Position numbers and translations under genes: made by a program. 39,124 nt of DNA, from positions 5,497,862 through 5,536,985 of the forward strand of contig NC_069001.1 of the NCBI RefSeq assembly GCF_001194135.2. The letters are read 5' to 3'. This stretch comes from Octopus bimaculoides (lineage: Eukaryota). A model generated the notes under the pieces. The model saw only the letters and a list, made by a program, of their open reading frames with translations, was not told the DNA's origin and searched no databases. Shown here piece by piece: positions 1-11,952 of the stretch; the stretch's first letter is position 1, and every line of letters begins with the position of its first letter.

Positions 1-158
1 ATGTATATATATGTATTATTCAAATCAGATTTGGCTCCATTGAACTTAGTTTCACAGGCTTTGAACAGAAATCACATGGAGCTGAATCAAGCTGTATTAA
101 ATAATCTATGTAAATCCTTCTAAATGTGTTGAGTGCCTCTTCCTTTCATTTATCCACT

Positions 159-198
<40 letters not shown>

Positions 199-489
199 TT
201 ATTCGTTCTTACTTCAAGATGTTTTGCCAATAGAGAAAGAGTCGGTTGCTAACCTAGATGCAAGTCTCCTTCATTGGTATTTCCACATCATCAACAACAG
301 GGTATTTTTGTATGTTTATATGTGCATATGTGTGCAGATTTGTATGTTTATTATGTATGTAATCTCATGCATATAGTTGCATGTATGTATGTAGAGAGAG
401 GGTGTGAGAGAGCAAGAAAGAGCACTATATATTAATAGCGAGCTAGATGTATATATATACATAGAACTATTTTTATAAGTAGAGTTATT

Positions 490-535
<46 letters not shown>

Positions 536-840
536 NNNNNNNNNNNNNNNNNNNNNNNNNNNNNNNNNNNNNNNNNNNNNNNNNNNNNNNNNNNNNNNNN
601 NNNNNNNNNNNNNNNNNNNNNNNNNNNNNNNNNNNNNNNNNNNNNNNNNNNNNNNNNNNNNNNNNNNNNNNNNNNNNNNNNNNNNNNNNNNNNNNNNNNN
701 NNNNNNNNNNNNNNNNNNNNNNNNNNNNNNNNNNNNNNNNNNNNNNNNNNNNNNNNNNNNNNNNNNNNNNNNNNNNNNNNNNNNNNNNNNNNNNNNNNNN
801 NNNNNNNNNNNNNNNNNNNNTATATATATATATATATATA

Positions 841-1718
841 TGAGGTTTGATCAATAAGTATCCAGACTGTTGTCGTAGTAATGAAGTTAAAGCATGCAGA
901 GTGAAGCCGCTCTACGCAAATTGACCTTGAGCTCTGCTGCTCATGTACATTTAGTTTTAATGCCCTGGCTCACTTGCGTTGTTTACAGCAGTGCTTGGAA
1001 GGAAGGAATGTAGAGTATGATTGTCGCATTGACCATGACAGAGAAAGTTGTCGTGGCGATACCCGCTCAGAGGCCTGTGCAAAGTTGCAGAAAGTGTACG
1101 GAGAGGGTTGTATGAGCTGCACACATGTGCATGAGTGGGTCGGTCGTTTCCAAGATGGCTGAAAAATGTCGATATTGACGGACGTTCTGGGAGACTTGCA
1201 ACCAGCAGAACTGAGGAAAAAACGTTACAGATGTGAGGGGAAATTGTTGAATCACCATCCTTGAGTTTATCAGAGGACATGTAGATTATTTATGGTTCAG
1301 TCCATTTTGACTGAAGATTTGGGTATGAGACACGTGTTTGCTAAGTTTGTGCCAAAACTGCTTTCAGCTGGCCAAAATGACACTCAGGTTTCAGTTGCAT
1401 AAGATCTCCTTGATTGTGTCAAGAATGATGAAAACCTTTTGAAAACTTGGTGTAGGCTTCTGATCAAGTATCACCAAGCTTTTGGCAAGATTTGATACAG
1501 ATTCTCTGTTCGACTTTCTGTCATGGTCAATGCGATGATCACACACTACACACCTTCCTTCCAAGCACTGCTGTGAACAGTGGAAGTGAACTAGAATGTT
1601 ATAACTTAGTGCTCATGCACAGCAGAGTTCAAGGTCAGTTTGTACCAAGTGGCTTCACTCTGTGTGCTTTAGCTTTGTTACTATGGCAACAATCTGGATA
1701 CTTATTGATCAGGCCACG
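841..1718 (+). mobile_element. Non-autonomous mariner derivative with long inverted arms, flanked by TA
   Basis: Ends TA-tgaggtttgatcaataagtatccaga ... tctggatacttattgatcaggccacg-TA. 841-1086 is matched in reverse complement by about 1444-1718. The interior is degenerate mariner transposase. Confidence 0.85.
1035..1445 (+). pseudogene. Degenerate mariner transposase N-terminus (HTH region to FVPKLL), truncated before the catalytic domain
   Basis: Broken frames give MTEKV..GDTRSEACAKLQKVYGEGCMSCTHVHEWVGRFQDG*..LTEDLGMRHVFAKFVPKLLSAGQ..DLLDCVKNDENLLKT, matching the mariner HTH region and the WVPHEL-equivalent motif. Contains stops and frameshifts. Confidence 0.8.
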
Positions 1719-1753
1719 TATATCTTTTTCTCTCAGTACACACACACATATAT

Positions 1754-2195
1754 TCTTTTACTTGTTTAAGTCATTTGACTGTGGCCATGCTGGAGCACCA
1801 CCTTTAGTCTATCTATCTACCTATCTATATATATCGTCTGTCTGTCTGTCTGTCTGTCTGTCAGTCTATCTATCTACCTATCGTCTGTCTGTCTGTCAGT
1901 CTATATCTATCTATCGTCTGTCTGTCTGTCTGTCAGTATATATCTATCTATCTAACTATCTGTGTATCTTTTTTTTTCTTGTATTGTATTTGTCAGCCAC
2001 CACCGCTTGATAACCAGTGTTGGTTTGTCTACAGTCCCATAGATTTTTGCAGTTTGGCTCTGCAGACTGATGAAATAAGCACCAGACTTAAAAAAATAAA
2101 GCCGAAATATGTAGTGGGGGGTCGATTCATTCAACTTATCATCCTTCACGGCGATGCCCCAGCATGGTCGCAACTCAATGAGCAAAACAAGTAAA
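1754..2195. mobile_element. SINE family A pieces: reversed 3' tail (1754-1808), TCTA/TCTG microsatellite, forward 3' half (about 1990-2195)
   Basis: cttttacttgtttaagtcatttgactgtggccatgctggagcacc is the reverse complement of the tail ggcggtgctccagcatggccacagtcaaaagactgaaacaagtaaaag at 20290-20355. Confidence 0.8.
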
Positions 2196-2749
2196 AAAAA
2201 AGATGAAATGCTTTGTATTGAGCTCATCAGCAAAGTATAACCTTGAAGGCAAGAGAGGCCAATACATTTTATCAAGCCGACCAGCTGCGACATCGGCAAT
2301 TTGTTTAAGTGAATGAGGTGCTGGCGCTACTGAAAGGAATTTCAAATCTCTGGTGGACATTTACATTGCAAATCAAAGATTACGGTAGACATTAACGAAC
2401 AAATAAAATGATTAAGTCAGTGAAACGCAAAATTTAAATTAAAAAATATATATGCACACATATAAAATAAAATAAAATAAAATAGAATAGAATACGGATA
2501 CTGCAACAACAACAAAATTCTCTAGAAAAGTGTTTGATAGCGGTGCTGGTGGTGGTGGTGGTGAAAGTAAATCTCTAAAGTGGTTGAGTTAACACCAACC
2601 TTTGATATTGATCAATATTTTGAAAAGTATCATTGGGAAATTAGTCTCGATTGGGGAAGAGAAAGGGGAGGGGAAAAAAATTTAAAAAAAAGAAGACAAA
2701 AAGAAAATCTCAACATTTTAAAAAGTAAAATAAAACAAGTTAAGGAACC

Positions 2750-4124
2750 GCACACACACACTCTCTCGTACATATGCGCATACACGTTCACACACACACA
2801 CACACACCTCTACACACACTCTGAAACATACTCCCGTACGATCTCCCTAACACACATACTCACGCAATCACTCTCTCTCCCTCATACACGCAGTCTCTCT
2901 CTGTCTCTCTCTCTCTCTTACACGCAATCTATCTATCTCTGTCTCTTTCCCTTTCTTTCTCTCTCTCACACACAATCTCCCTCTCTCTCTCCCTCATACA
3001 TGTAATCTATCTCTGTCGCTTTCCCTTTCTCCCTCTCTCTCATATATGCAATCTATCTCTCTCTCTTTCACACACGTGGTCTCTCTCTCTCTCTCTCCCC
3101 CACACACATGGTCTCTCTCTCCCTCTATCTTCTTCATACATGCAATTTGTCTCTTTCTCTCACAGTTTTTCTCTCTCTTTCCTATAGCTATACATTATCT
3201 TTCACACTTTCTCACATGCTCTCTGTCTCACACACAACTTCTCTCTCTCTCCTACACACAATTTCTTTTTTATACATACACTCTCTACATCTGTCTCACA
3301 TACACACACAATTTCTCTCGATCTCTCTCTGACACACATACACAGTCATTTTATCTCCCACACACAAACTCCTCTCTCTCTTTTTCTCCCTCTCTCTCTT
3401 TTTCTCCCTCTCTCTCTCTCACTTGCGCACACAATCTCTCTCTCATGCACAGTTCCTTTCTCTCTCACAATGTCTCTCTCTTTCTCTCCGTCTCTCTGTC
3501 ATACACTCATGATCTCTCTCTCTATCTATCTATCTCTCTCTATATATACAAATATATCATATACACACACATACACAATCTCTCTTGCACACTCACACGA
3601 TCTCTCTACCCCCTGCACAAATGTGATCTTTCTCTCTCACACAGTTTCTGTTTCTCTCTATCTCTCTCCCTCCCTCATTCTTCCTCTCTCTCTTACTCTT
3701 CCTCTCTCATTCTCTCTCTCACTCTTTCCCCTCTCTCTTGCTTCCCCTCTCTCTTGCTCCCCTCTCTCTTGCTTCCCCTCTCACTCTCTTCCCCTCTCTC
3801 TAACTCTTCTTCTCTTTCTCACTCTTCCTCTCTCTCTCACTCTTCCCCTCTCTCTCACCATTCCCCTCTCTCTCTCTCACTTCCCCCCACTCTCACCTTT
3901 CCCTGTTCTCTCACTCTTCCCCTCTCTCTCTCTTTCTCGCTCCTTCCCCTCTCTCTCGCTCTCCCCTCTCTCTCGCTCGCTCTCCCCTCTCTCTCGCTCT
4001 CCCCTCTCTCTCTTGCTCTCCCCTCTCTCTCGCTCTCCCCTCTCTCTCTTGCTCTCCCCCTCTCTCTCACTCTCCCCCTCTGTCTCACTCTTTCCCTCTC
4101 TCTCTCACCTTTCCCTTCTCTCCA
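2750..4124. repeat. Long CT/CA-rich low-complexity tract ending in a ~20-22 bp ctctcgctctcccctctct tandem repeat
   Basis: Seen directly. It generates the spurious Ser/Leu-rich ORFs. Confidence 0.95.
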
Positions 4125-4654
4125 NNNNNNNNNNNNNNNNNNNNNNNNNNNNNNNNNNNNNNNNNNNNNNNNNNNNNNNNNNNNNNNNNNNNNNNNNNNN
4201 NNNNNNNNNNNNNNNNNNNNNNNNNNNNNNNNNNNNNNNNNNNNNNNNNNNNNNNNNNNNNNNNNNNNNNNNNNNNNNNNNNNNNNNNNNNNNNNNNNNN
4301 NNNNNNNNNNNNNNNNNNNNNNNNNNNNNNNNNNNNNNNNNNNNNNNNNNNNNNNNNNNNNNNNNNNNNNNNNNNNNNNNNNNNNNNNNNNNNNNNNNNN
4401 NNNNNNNNNNNNNNNNNNNNNNNNNNNNNNNNNNNNNNNNNNNNNNNNNNNNNNNNNNNNNNNNNNNNNNNNNNNNNNNNNNNNNNNNNNNNNNNNNNNN
4501 NNNNNNNNNNNNNNNNNNNNNNNNNNNNNNNNNNNNNNNNNNNNNNNNNNNNNNNNNNNNNNNNNNNNNNNNNNNNNNNNNNNNNNNNNNNNNNNNNNNN
4601 NNNNNNNNNNNNNNNNNNNNNNNNNNNNNNNNNNNNNNNNNNNNNNNNNNNNNN

Positions 4655-5680
4655 AGTTGATGATGGTGGTGAGGATGGTGATGGTGGTGATAGTAGTATG
4701 ATGATGGTGGCGAGGGTGGTGGCAACAGTGTAGTGGTGTTGGTTGTGGTGGTGGCAATGGTAGTTGAGATGGTGGTGGTGGTGATAGTTGTTGATGGTAG
4801 TGAGTGTTTTGGTGGTGGTGGTGGTGGTGGTAGTGGTTGATGATGTTTGTGGTGTGAGGATGGTAGAGGTGGTGGTAGTGGTAATGTTGATAGTTGTGGT
4901 AGTGGTGATGGTGGTTGTTGTGGTAGCAGTGTTGGTGATGACAATTACAGTGGTGTTTGTAGAGGTGTGTTGTGGTAGTGATGGTAGCAGTGGTTATGGC
5001 AATGGTTGTAGTGGTAGGTGAAATGATGGTGGCGATGGTGGTTGTGGAGGTATGTTGTGGCAATGGTAGTAATGGTGGTGATAGTAGCGGTGGCTACGGC
5101 AGAGGTGGTGTTGTATGATGGGAAGTCATAACTAATCAATAAAATGAAAAAGAATCATTTTATATAAAAGGCTCTTTATAAAACTGTGATCATTTATATA
5201 AGAAATGGTGAATGACCTAACTAATACGAGCATTCATTATACAGTGGTGGTAGTCATGGCAGGGATGGTAGTGGTGTGGTTGATGTCATGATGTTGAGGT
5301 GGTAGTACTACCATTCTATCAGCTTTTCTAATAACGGTGTGTGTTGCCATAATAATAAGAGCAGCGGTGTTCTGATGGTGTGGTTAATGAGGTAGTGTTG
5401 GTGATGCTGTAGTTAATGTTGTGGTGGTAGTGTTGCCATAATAATAATAATAAGAGCAGCGGTGTTCTGAGGGTGTGGTTAATGAGGTAGTGTTGGTGTT
5501 GTTGTAGTTAATGTTGTGGTGGTGGTAGTGTTGATGTGATTGTTGTTGCGGTATTGGTCACAGTGGTGTTATGACTTGTTAGTAGTGGTATTGGCTATGG
5601 TATTGCTGTGGTTAATAGTGGTAGTGGTGGTGCTGTTGATAGTATTGTAGTTTGTGTAGTAGTAGTAGTAGTGCCAGAGG
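4655..5680. repeat. Degenerate (GGT/GAT/GTA)n trinucleotide tract with an ~89 bp tandem duplication (5341-5429 and 5430-~5527)
   Basis: gtgttgccataataataagagcagcggtgttctga..gtgtggttaatgaggtagtgttggtg occurs twice in tandem. Confidence 0.9.
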
Positions 5681-5683
5681 TAA

Positions 5684-6075
5684 TCAGGCATGGCTGTATG
5701 TAGGCGGCGAGCTGGCAGAAACGTTAGCACGCCGGGCGAAATGCTTAGCGGTATTTCGTCTGCCGCTACGTTCTGAGTTCAAATTCCGCCGAGGTTGACT
5801 TTGCCTTTCATCCTTTCGGGGTCGATAAATTAAGTACCAGTTGCACTGGGGTCGATGTAATCGACTTAATCCCTTTGTCTGTCCTTGTTTGTCCCGTCTA
5901 TGTTTAGCCCCTTGTGGGCAATAAAGAAATAAGATGTTTGTTTACCAACCTCATGGTTCCAGGTTCAGTTCCACCATGGGGTACCTAGCGCAAGTGTGTT
6001 CTAGTATAGCCACAGGCCAAACAATAACTTGTCAGTGGATTTGGTTGATGGAAACTGAAAGAATCCCATCAGGTG
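5684..6075 (+). mobile_element. SINE family A 5' half interrupted by the family B copy
   Basis: caggcatggctgtatgt (5686-5701) resumes after the B element as atgtttgtttaccaacctcatggttccaggttcagttcc...gaaactgaaagaatccc. Confidence 0.7.
5702..5933 (+). mobile_element. SINE family B, apparently full length and well preserved (tail type 1)
   Basis: Head aggcggcgagctggcagaaacgttagc, B-box-like gagttcaaattcc, central gactttgcctttcatcctttcggggtcgataaattaagtacc, tail tttagccccttgtgggcaataaagaaataag. More than 12 related copies in the window. Confidence 0.9.
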
Positions 6076-7627
6076 TGTATCTTTTATTCTGTTTGTTGTT
6101 ACAGTCATTAGACCAAAAAGCAGGTGATATGTTAACAAGTCACACTAAATTCCAAGTGGCAGCTGTAGTTTTCTTCTTTGACTCTGGACTGTCTTTTCTG
6201 CTTCTCTCCATTTGGATCCCTGCTTTTTCAGCCTTCCCTCAGTCTCTCACCTCCAGCTACTGTTGGTGATGGGTTATTAGTGTCTTAGTACAGCTTATCG
6301 TTAAAGGAAGAAGTATTGAGAGTGTAACTTGATATACTGAGTTGAGGTGGAGATGGGGTGGTATTAGAGAGTGCGTGTAGTCCACGGTGTGGGTGGTGGT
6401 GGTGGTGGAGTATTAGTGTTTGAGCACAGATTATGGGTGAGAGAAGAAACATTTAGAGTGTTGCTCAATGTCCTGAGTGGAGTGCAGGTTAAGGTATGGA
6501 GGGTGTTGATGGTGGAGTAATTAGAAGGTGAATGTAGGTTATGTTTGAGGGGAAGCATTATTCAGAGGGTATCTCAATAAATTGTAGTGTAGGCAGTGGG
6601 AGAATATTCAGAGAGTTGAGTGTTGGTTGTGGTTGGAGAAGGGAATCTCCAGATGGTTGTTTGTATTATGTTGAGTGCAGATTACAGCAATGGGTCACAC
6701 AGTTTAATCTCTTCTCTTAATTAGTCAGATATTTCCATAGTTTGTTAATTTTGAATTTCGTTAATAATTAGAAAATGTATTTATGGTGTTAATTTTTTTG
6801 TTACTTTTTTTCATTATAAATATAATTATTTAAATAAAGATAGTTTTTTTTCTATTTTTCTGTGAATAATTATTTATTTATTAAAGATAGAATTATGTCT
6901 ACTTAAGTAAAGGAAAAAGAAAAGAGATAGATTTAGTTTCCTTGTTCTTTGCCTAGTATTGATTTTAACAAGTATTTTAGTATTTTTCTGTGAATATTTC
7001 TAATTAGTTTGGTTTTGTAATAATCTTGTAAAAACAAACACATAACTTGCTTTTGTGAATGCATAGTAAGTCATCTTTAATTGATCATGTATGTCTGGCC
7101 GACATAACTATTATTGCAATATTGACACATTGTATTTTTTAAGTGTAAATTTATAAATTAGACTTGTAATACACAGGATCCAAACAGACCTGAATGTCAG
7201 TGACCTGTAGCTTGGTGATCCATTTTGTGATTTGACCTGAGGGTTGTTGCCCTCAGGGCCCAAAGTACTTAAAAAGAATTTGGTGCCCCCATATATATAT
7301 ATGTAATTCAAAATATAAACAACACTAAACCATAAAATACATTTTTATTTTTCAAAAGGAAACAAAACTAACAGTAACATGGAAGATGGTTTTTTTTTTT
7401 TTTTGTATAGTTCCACTTTATTTATATTTCAAAAGTTTTCTCCTTTCTTATAATTGCAAAGTCTTTGATCAGATCTTCACTGATATCGTGAACACTTTGA
7501 AATGGAGTGTTAGGTAACAACCCGACTACATCTGCCTCTCCGTCCGTCTGTCTGTCTGCCTCTCCGTCTGTCCGTCTCTCCATCTGTCTCTGTCTGTCTT
7601 TTTCTATCTCTGTTCGTCTTTCTCTCT

Positions 7628-8275
7628 GTGGAAGTGGAATGGCACAGTAGCAGAGTTCTAAATATCAAGCATTTTCAAAACAAGGTAACTGAACAGATGA
7701 AGATTATAGATAAGTGATTAGCATATTATTTTCTTGTGGTCTATTATCTCCATTGACTGGATTATGTCGATAGGGAAATAATTGTTTGTCCTTAATCTTT
7801 TATCTTTTACTTGTTGCAGTCATTAGACTGGGGCTATGCGGGGGCACTGCCTTGAAGAATTTTAGTTGGAAAATTGACATATCTGTATAGGGGTGGGAGA
7901 CTTTGTGTCTGTGTTTTTCAGCCCCACCACCCTGCTTGACAGCTGGTGTGTCTTTACATCCATGGAAGCCAGTAGTTTGGCAAAAGGGGCCAATTTAATA
8001 AGTATCAGGTTTAAAAAAAAAAAAAATTTCTAGGGTCAAATTCTTCAAAGCAGTGCCCCAGCATAGCCGCAGTCTAATGATTGCAACAAGTAGAAGATAA
8101 AAGATTAAGGACAGACAATTATTTCCTTATCGAGATAATCCAGTTGATGGAGATAATAGACCACAAGAAAATAATTTGCTAATCACTTATCTATAATCTT
8201 CATCTGTTCAGTTACCTTGTTTTGAAAATTCTTGATATTTATAACTCTGCTACTGAGCCATTATTCCACATCCAC
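7628..8275. repeat. Fold-back inverted repeat, arms about 235-240 bp (7628-7862 and 8038-8275), loop about 175 bp
   Basis: ttcaaaacaaggtaactgaacagatgaagattatagataagtgattagc pairs with gctaatcacttatctataatcttcatctgttcagttaccttgttttgaa. Each arm is about 170 bp non-SINE sequence plus a family A tail. Confidence 0.95.
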
Positions 8276-8667
8276 CTATGTTTGGAAACTAAAAATCTAC
8301 CATAATCACCACATTAAAGTCTGATTGAGAACGGTCGAGAGCAACCTATTTCGCCAATTAATTGATTAATTAATTAATTAATTAATTAATTAATTGACTG
8401 GTTGATTATTGTTTGGATTTACATAAATATATATGTAGAAACCACATTTGTGTACTGACGAAATAGTTCTTCCAGCCATTTGAAATGATCACAACCGGGA
8501 ATGAATCTATCTACCAACACCATTTTCATTTTCTTGTCTGGTATATATGTGTGTGTGTGTGTGTGTGNNNNNNNNNNNNNNNNNNNNNNNNNNNNNNNNN
8601 NNNNNNNNNNNNNNNNNNNNNNNNNNNNNNNNNNNNNNNNNNNNNNNNNNNNNNNNNNNNNNNNNNN

Positions 8668-8845
8668 CAAACGGTTGGTGGGAAAACGTTACACAGATTA
8701 TTGACAGAAAAATATTACATAAACTGTCGGTAAAAAGACATGATACAAACTGCTGGTAGAAACCATCACACAAATAGCTGTAGAAAACATAGTATAAACT
8801 GCTGTGGGTAGAAAAATGGGCAAACTGCTTTTAAAAAAACATTAC
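8668..8845. repeat. Degenerate ~25 bp minisatellite (acaaactgc-ggtagaaaacat-like), about 7 units
   Basis: Recurring caaactg...gtagaaaa motif at about 24-28 bp spacing. Confidence 0.55.
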
Positions 8846-8914
8846 ACTATACTCTGATTTCAAATTCTTCTGAAGATGACTTCGCTTTTCATTTGTGCAG
8901 GGTCTATAAAATAT

Positions 8915-9985
8915 GGTCCTGTCAAGGACTGGGGTTGATGTAATTAATTAGTCCCATCCTGAAAAATTTCAGGCCCAGTGCCTATAGTTGAAAGAATTCT
9001 TTTTATTATTATTATTATTATAATTATTATTATTATCAAGGCAGCGAGCTGACAGAATCGTTAACATGCCGGGAAGAATGCTTAGCGGTATTTCGTCTGT
9101 CGCTATGTTCTGAGTTCAAATTTCACCGGGGTCGACTTTGCCTTTCATCCTTTTGAGGTTGATTAACTATGTACCAGTTTACACACTGGGGTTGCTGTAA
9201 TCGACTTAATCCCTTCCTCCAAATTTGAGGCCTTGTGCTTCTAGTAGAAAGGATTATTATTATTATTATTATCATTATTATATTAAGGGTAGTGAGTTGA
9301 TAGAATCATTAGCTAATCAGGCAAAATCCTTTGCAGCATTTCTTCCAGTTCATCACATTCTGAGTTCAAATTCCGCCAAGGCCGACTTTGCCTTTCATCC
9401 TTTCGAGGATCAATAAAAAAAAATGTACCAGCTGATCACTGGGGTTGATGTAATCAATTAGTAACCTCCACCCAAATTTCAGGCTTTGTAGATTTAGAAG
9501 AAAGTATGGTGGCTATTATTATTATTAGTCAGAATCAACGAAATCAATACCAGTTACTTACTGGGGTCGATATATAATTGACTAGCCTGCACCCCAAAAT
9601 TTCAGGCCTTCTATCTTTAGTAGAAAGGATTATTATTATTATTATTACTACTATTAACGCAGTGCATTGGCAAAATCATTACATAATTTCGCCGGGTGAA
9701 ATACTTAGTGGTATTTCATCTGCCACTATGTTCTGAGTTCAAATTCTACTGAAGTCAACTTTACCTTTCATCCTTTTGGGGCTGATAAATTAAGTACCAG
9801 TTGAGTACTGGGGTCAATGAAATCAAATATCCCCCTCCCCCAAATTTCAGGCCTTGTGCCTATAAAAGAAAGGATTATTATTATTATTATTATTATTCGG
9901 ACAAAACCTTTTGTAACCTTCGTCCTGTCTTTGTCCTTACATGTTTTTGATTGATATTAGCCCTTGTGGCCAATAAAACGAATTA
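8915..9985 (+). mobile_element. Head-to-tail array of SINE family B: three near-complete copies (9038-9254, 9285-9505, 9656-9875) plus tail fragments, separated by (ATT)n
   Basis: Repeated ttctgagttcaaatt..gactttgcctttcatcctt..taccagtt..ctggggt..aaatttcaggcctt..agaaaggattattatt. Confidence 0.9.
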
Positions 9986-10044
<59 letters not shown>

Positions 10045-10690
10045 CATCATTATTATTATTGTTGTTGTTGCTTTTGCTGTTCATTCACATTTCATGACAT
10101 TTAGACCTGCCTTTTGTGAACTCAAAACAAGATGTCAACAACAGACCTAAGCTTTTTTTTTTTTTTTTCCAACTTCCACATCTTCACAGAAAACAATTTT
10201 CTCTCTTAATGTTATCAGTTGTCAAGAATTTAATATTCTATAATTGTTTGATACATTGTTTTACCTGGGAGCTACTCAAGGTGTCTGTTATTGTGAAATT
10301 CTTTTCACCCCCAAAAGCTTACCAAACACCTCCAGTAACAACAAGCACCAATTTAATTTTTAATGCCACGCATTCTTTTGATCTCAGAATCTCTCCGGGT
10401 CATGGTATTAACTAGTCTTCTCACATTCTTTTGTTACCAAAATTAGCATTGTCTGCTGCCATGATGTCACTTCGATGGCAGCTCTTTGTCTTTTTAAGTG
10501 GGGACCACTTTAAACATTATTATTATTATTTTTATCATCATTATTATTATTGTTGTTATTATTATTATCATTATTACTGTTGTTGTTGTTGTTTACATCG
10601 TTATTATAGTTAGCGTTATCGTTATCATTATTATTGTTATCATCACCATCATCATCAGCAGCATTATTATTATTGTTATTATTTTTATCC
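9986..10690. repeat. (ATT)n/(GTT)n/(ATC)n tracts (9986-10070, 10505-10690)
   Basis: Seen directly. Confidence 0.9.
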
Positions 10691-10699
10691 ATCTTTACA

Positions 10700-10830
10700 A
10701 TCTGAATTCAAATTCCATCAAGGTTGACTTAGCTTTACATCCTTTGGGGGGGGGGGTCAATGAAATAAATACCAGTTACACGCTGGGGTTGATGTAATCA
10801 ACTAACCACTTCCCCACAAATTTCAGACTA
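10700..10830 (+). mobile_element. SINE family B 3' fragment
   Basis: tctgaattcaaattccatcaaggttgacttagctttacatcctttggg...taccagttacacgctggggttgatgtaatc. Confidence 0.8.
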
Positions 10831-11397
10831 GGGCCCCAAATTAACAACAGGCTAGAGGTTGGCAGTCAATATATTATTTAGCTACATCTGGATGCGTGTA
10901 GTTTCATTTTTGATAACATGCTCATGTATTGTTTACAACCAAAAATAAAAGAGGAAAAAAAAAAGAGAAGGGGGAAAGAAAAAGGGAAGCTGCATGTATA
11001 ATACACAACTTAGAAGCAGTGCTAAGGATGTGCCAGCACACATAAGATTGAGACATGGCCGACCTCATGCATTTCTCATGAGGAATTCTGGAAGGAGCTT
11101 CATGAGACCACTGCTGAGACGCTTCCGAAAAAACAAAGGAAAGCCATTGGAAAACCAATTATATCAGTGACTTGATCAATTCCTAGGGATATCTGAAGAA
11201 GGAATTTTATTCTGAAATATCATATCAGACGATGGATGATTAAATTACAACAGTTATTATAGTCCATTGTTTGTGTCATTCAAGATATTCTATTCTTAAC
11301 AGAATTGTATCAAATATCTTGAATCCAGAAGTATTGAAAGAAGATGTAATGGAACCTGCCATTGTATGGAAGATAGAATTGAAACTAGATTACTCAC

Positions 11398-11510
11398 CTG
11401 CTAGAACTCCTGCTAAGTAGACAGCACCAATACGAAAGGATCCATGCACCATTTCCAGAGGTATACCAACCAAAACTTGTACTAACATATTAAAAAACAA
11501 GTGAACCCAT
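11398..11510 (-). CDS. Rhomboid intramembrane protease, next internal exon (TM2-TM3)
   Basis: Minus strand reads ctcatttcag|ATGGGTTCAC...GTTCTAGCAG|gtgagt. 113 nt, phase 2 to phase 1. Translation (G)[37 protein letters not shown](G). Joined to the upstream exon it completes the HxxxxHxxxN motif (HAGWVHLFFN) and GxPLEMVHG. Confidence 0.95.
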
Positions 11511-11634
11511 CTGAAATGAGACGTGATAAAAACTGAAGTGAGCATGTATTTCATGAGAGAGAGAGAGGAGATAGAGAGAGCGTGTGTGTGTGTTTTTGAA
11601 CTCGACAGCTATTTCTAGAGGCTCAGAATTACAT

Positions 11635-11885
11635 AATAGTTTTAATGTCTATGATTAGCAAATGGAACGTGCAAAACGATGGAATTAGCTGAAGCAGATT
11701 TTTTTCTACAGATGGATATCCTACCAGATACCAACCTTCACCTGTTTCCAAGCAAGGTAATATTTCCTCATGACCAGAGACACTTTAATTCAACATTGGA
11801 AATGAAGTACCCTGCATGCATGATGGTGATAGACATTTACAACAAACATGTGAAGTCAAAACAAGGAGACAGTAGCAAACAAACA
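11635..11885 (-). mobile_element. Degenerate retroelement family D (RTE-type tail)
   Basis: Aligns by eye with 32110-32360: ttttctacagatggatatcctaccagataccaacc vs ttttctgtggctggatgcccctcctgtcaccaacc, and shared gaagtcaaa near the end. Confidence 0.6.
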
Positions 11886-11952
11886 CATATACATACACAC
11901 ACACATGCACACAGCCACACTTGGACACACACATGCATATACAAACAACAGA

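Noticed and set aside
28-88. Short hairpin gatttggctccat...atggagctgaatc as a pre-miRNA
   Set aside because: Only about 13 bp pair well and the inner stem is poor; expected by chance in AT-rich DNA.
219-301. Possible plus-strand exon DVLPIEKESVANLDASLLHWYFHIINNR
   Set aside because: Weak aag acceptor and gtattt donor, no recognisable homology and no partner exon.
8419-8540. Minus-strand frame MVLVDRFIPGCDHFKWLEELFR
   Set aside because: Not rhomboid-like, poor splice signals and no homology recognised.
10260-10400. Minus-strand segment before a gtaagc donor as the missing catalytic exon
   Set aside because: No frame yields SL...GxSGG; the best frame (ECVALKIKLVLVVTGGV) is not rhomboid-like.
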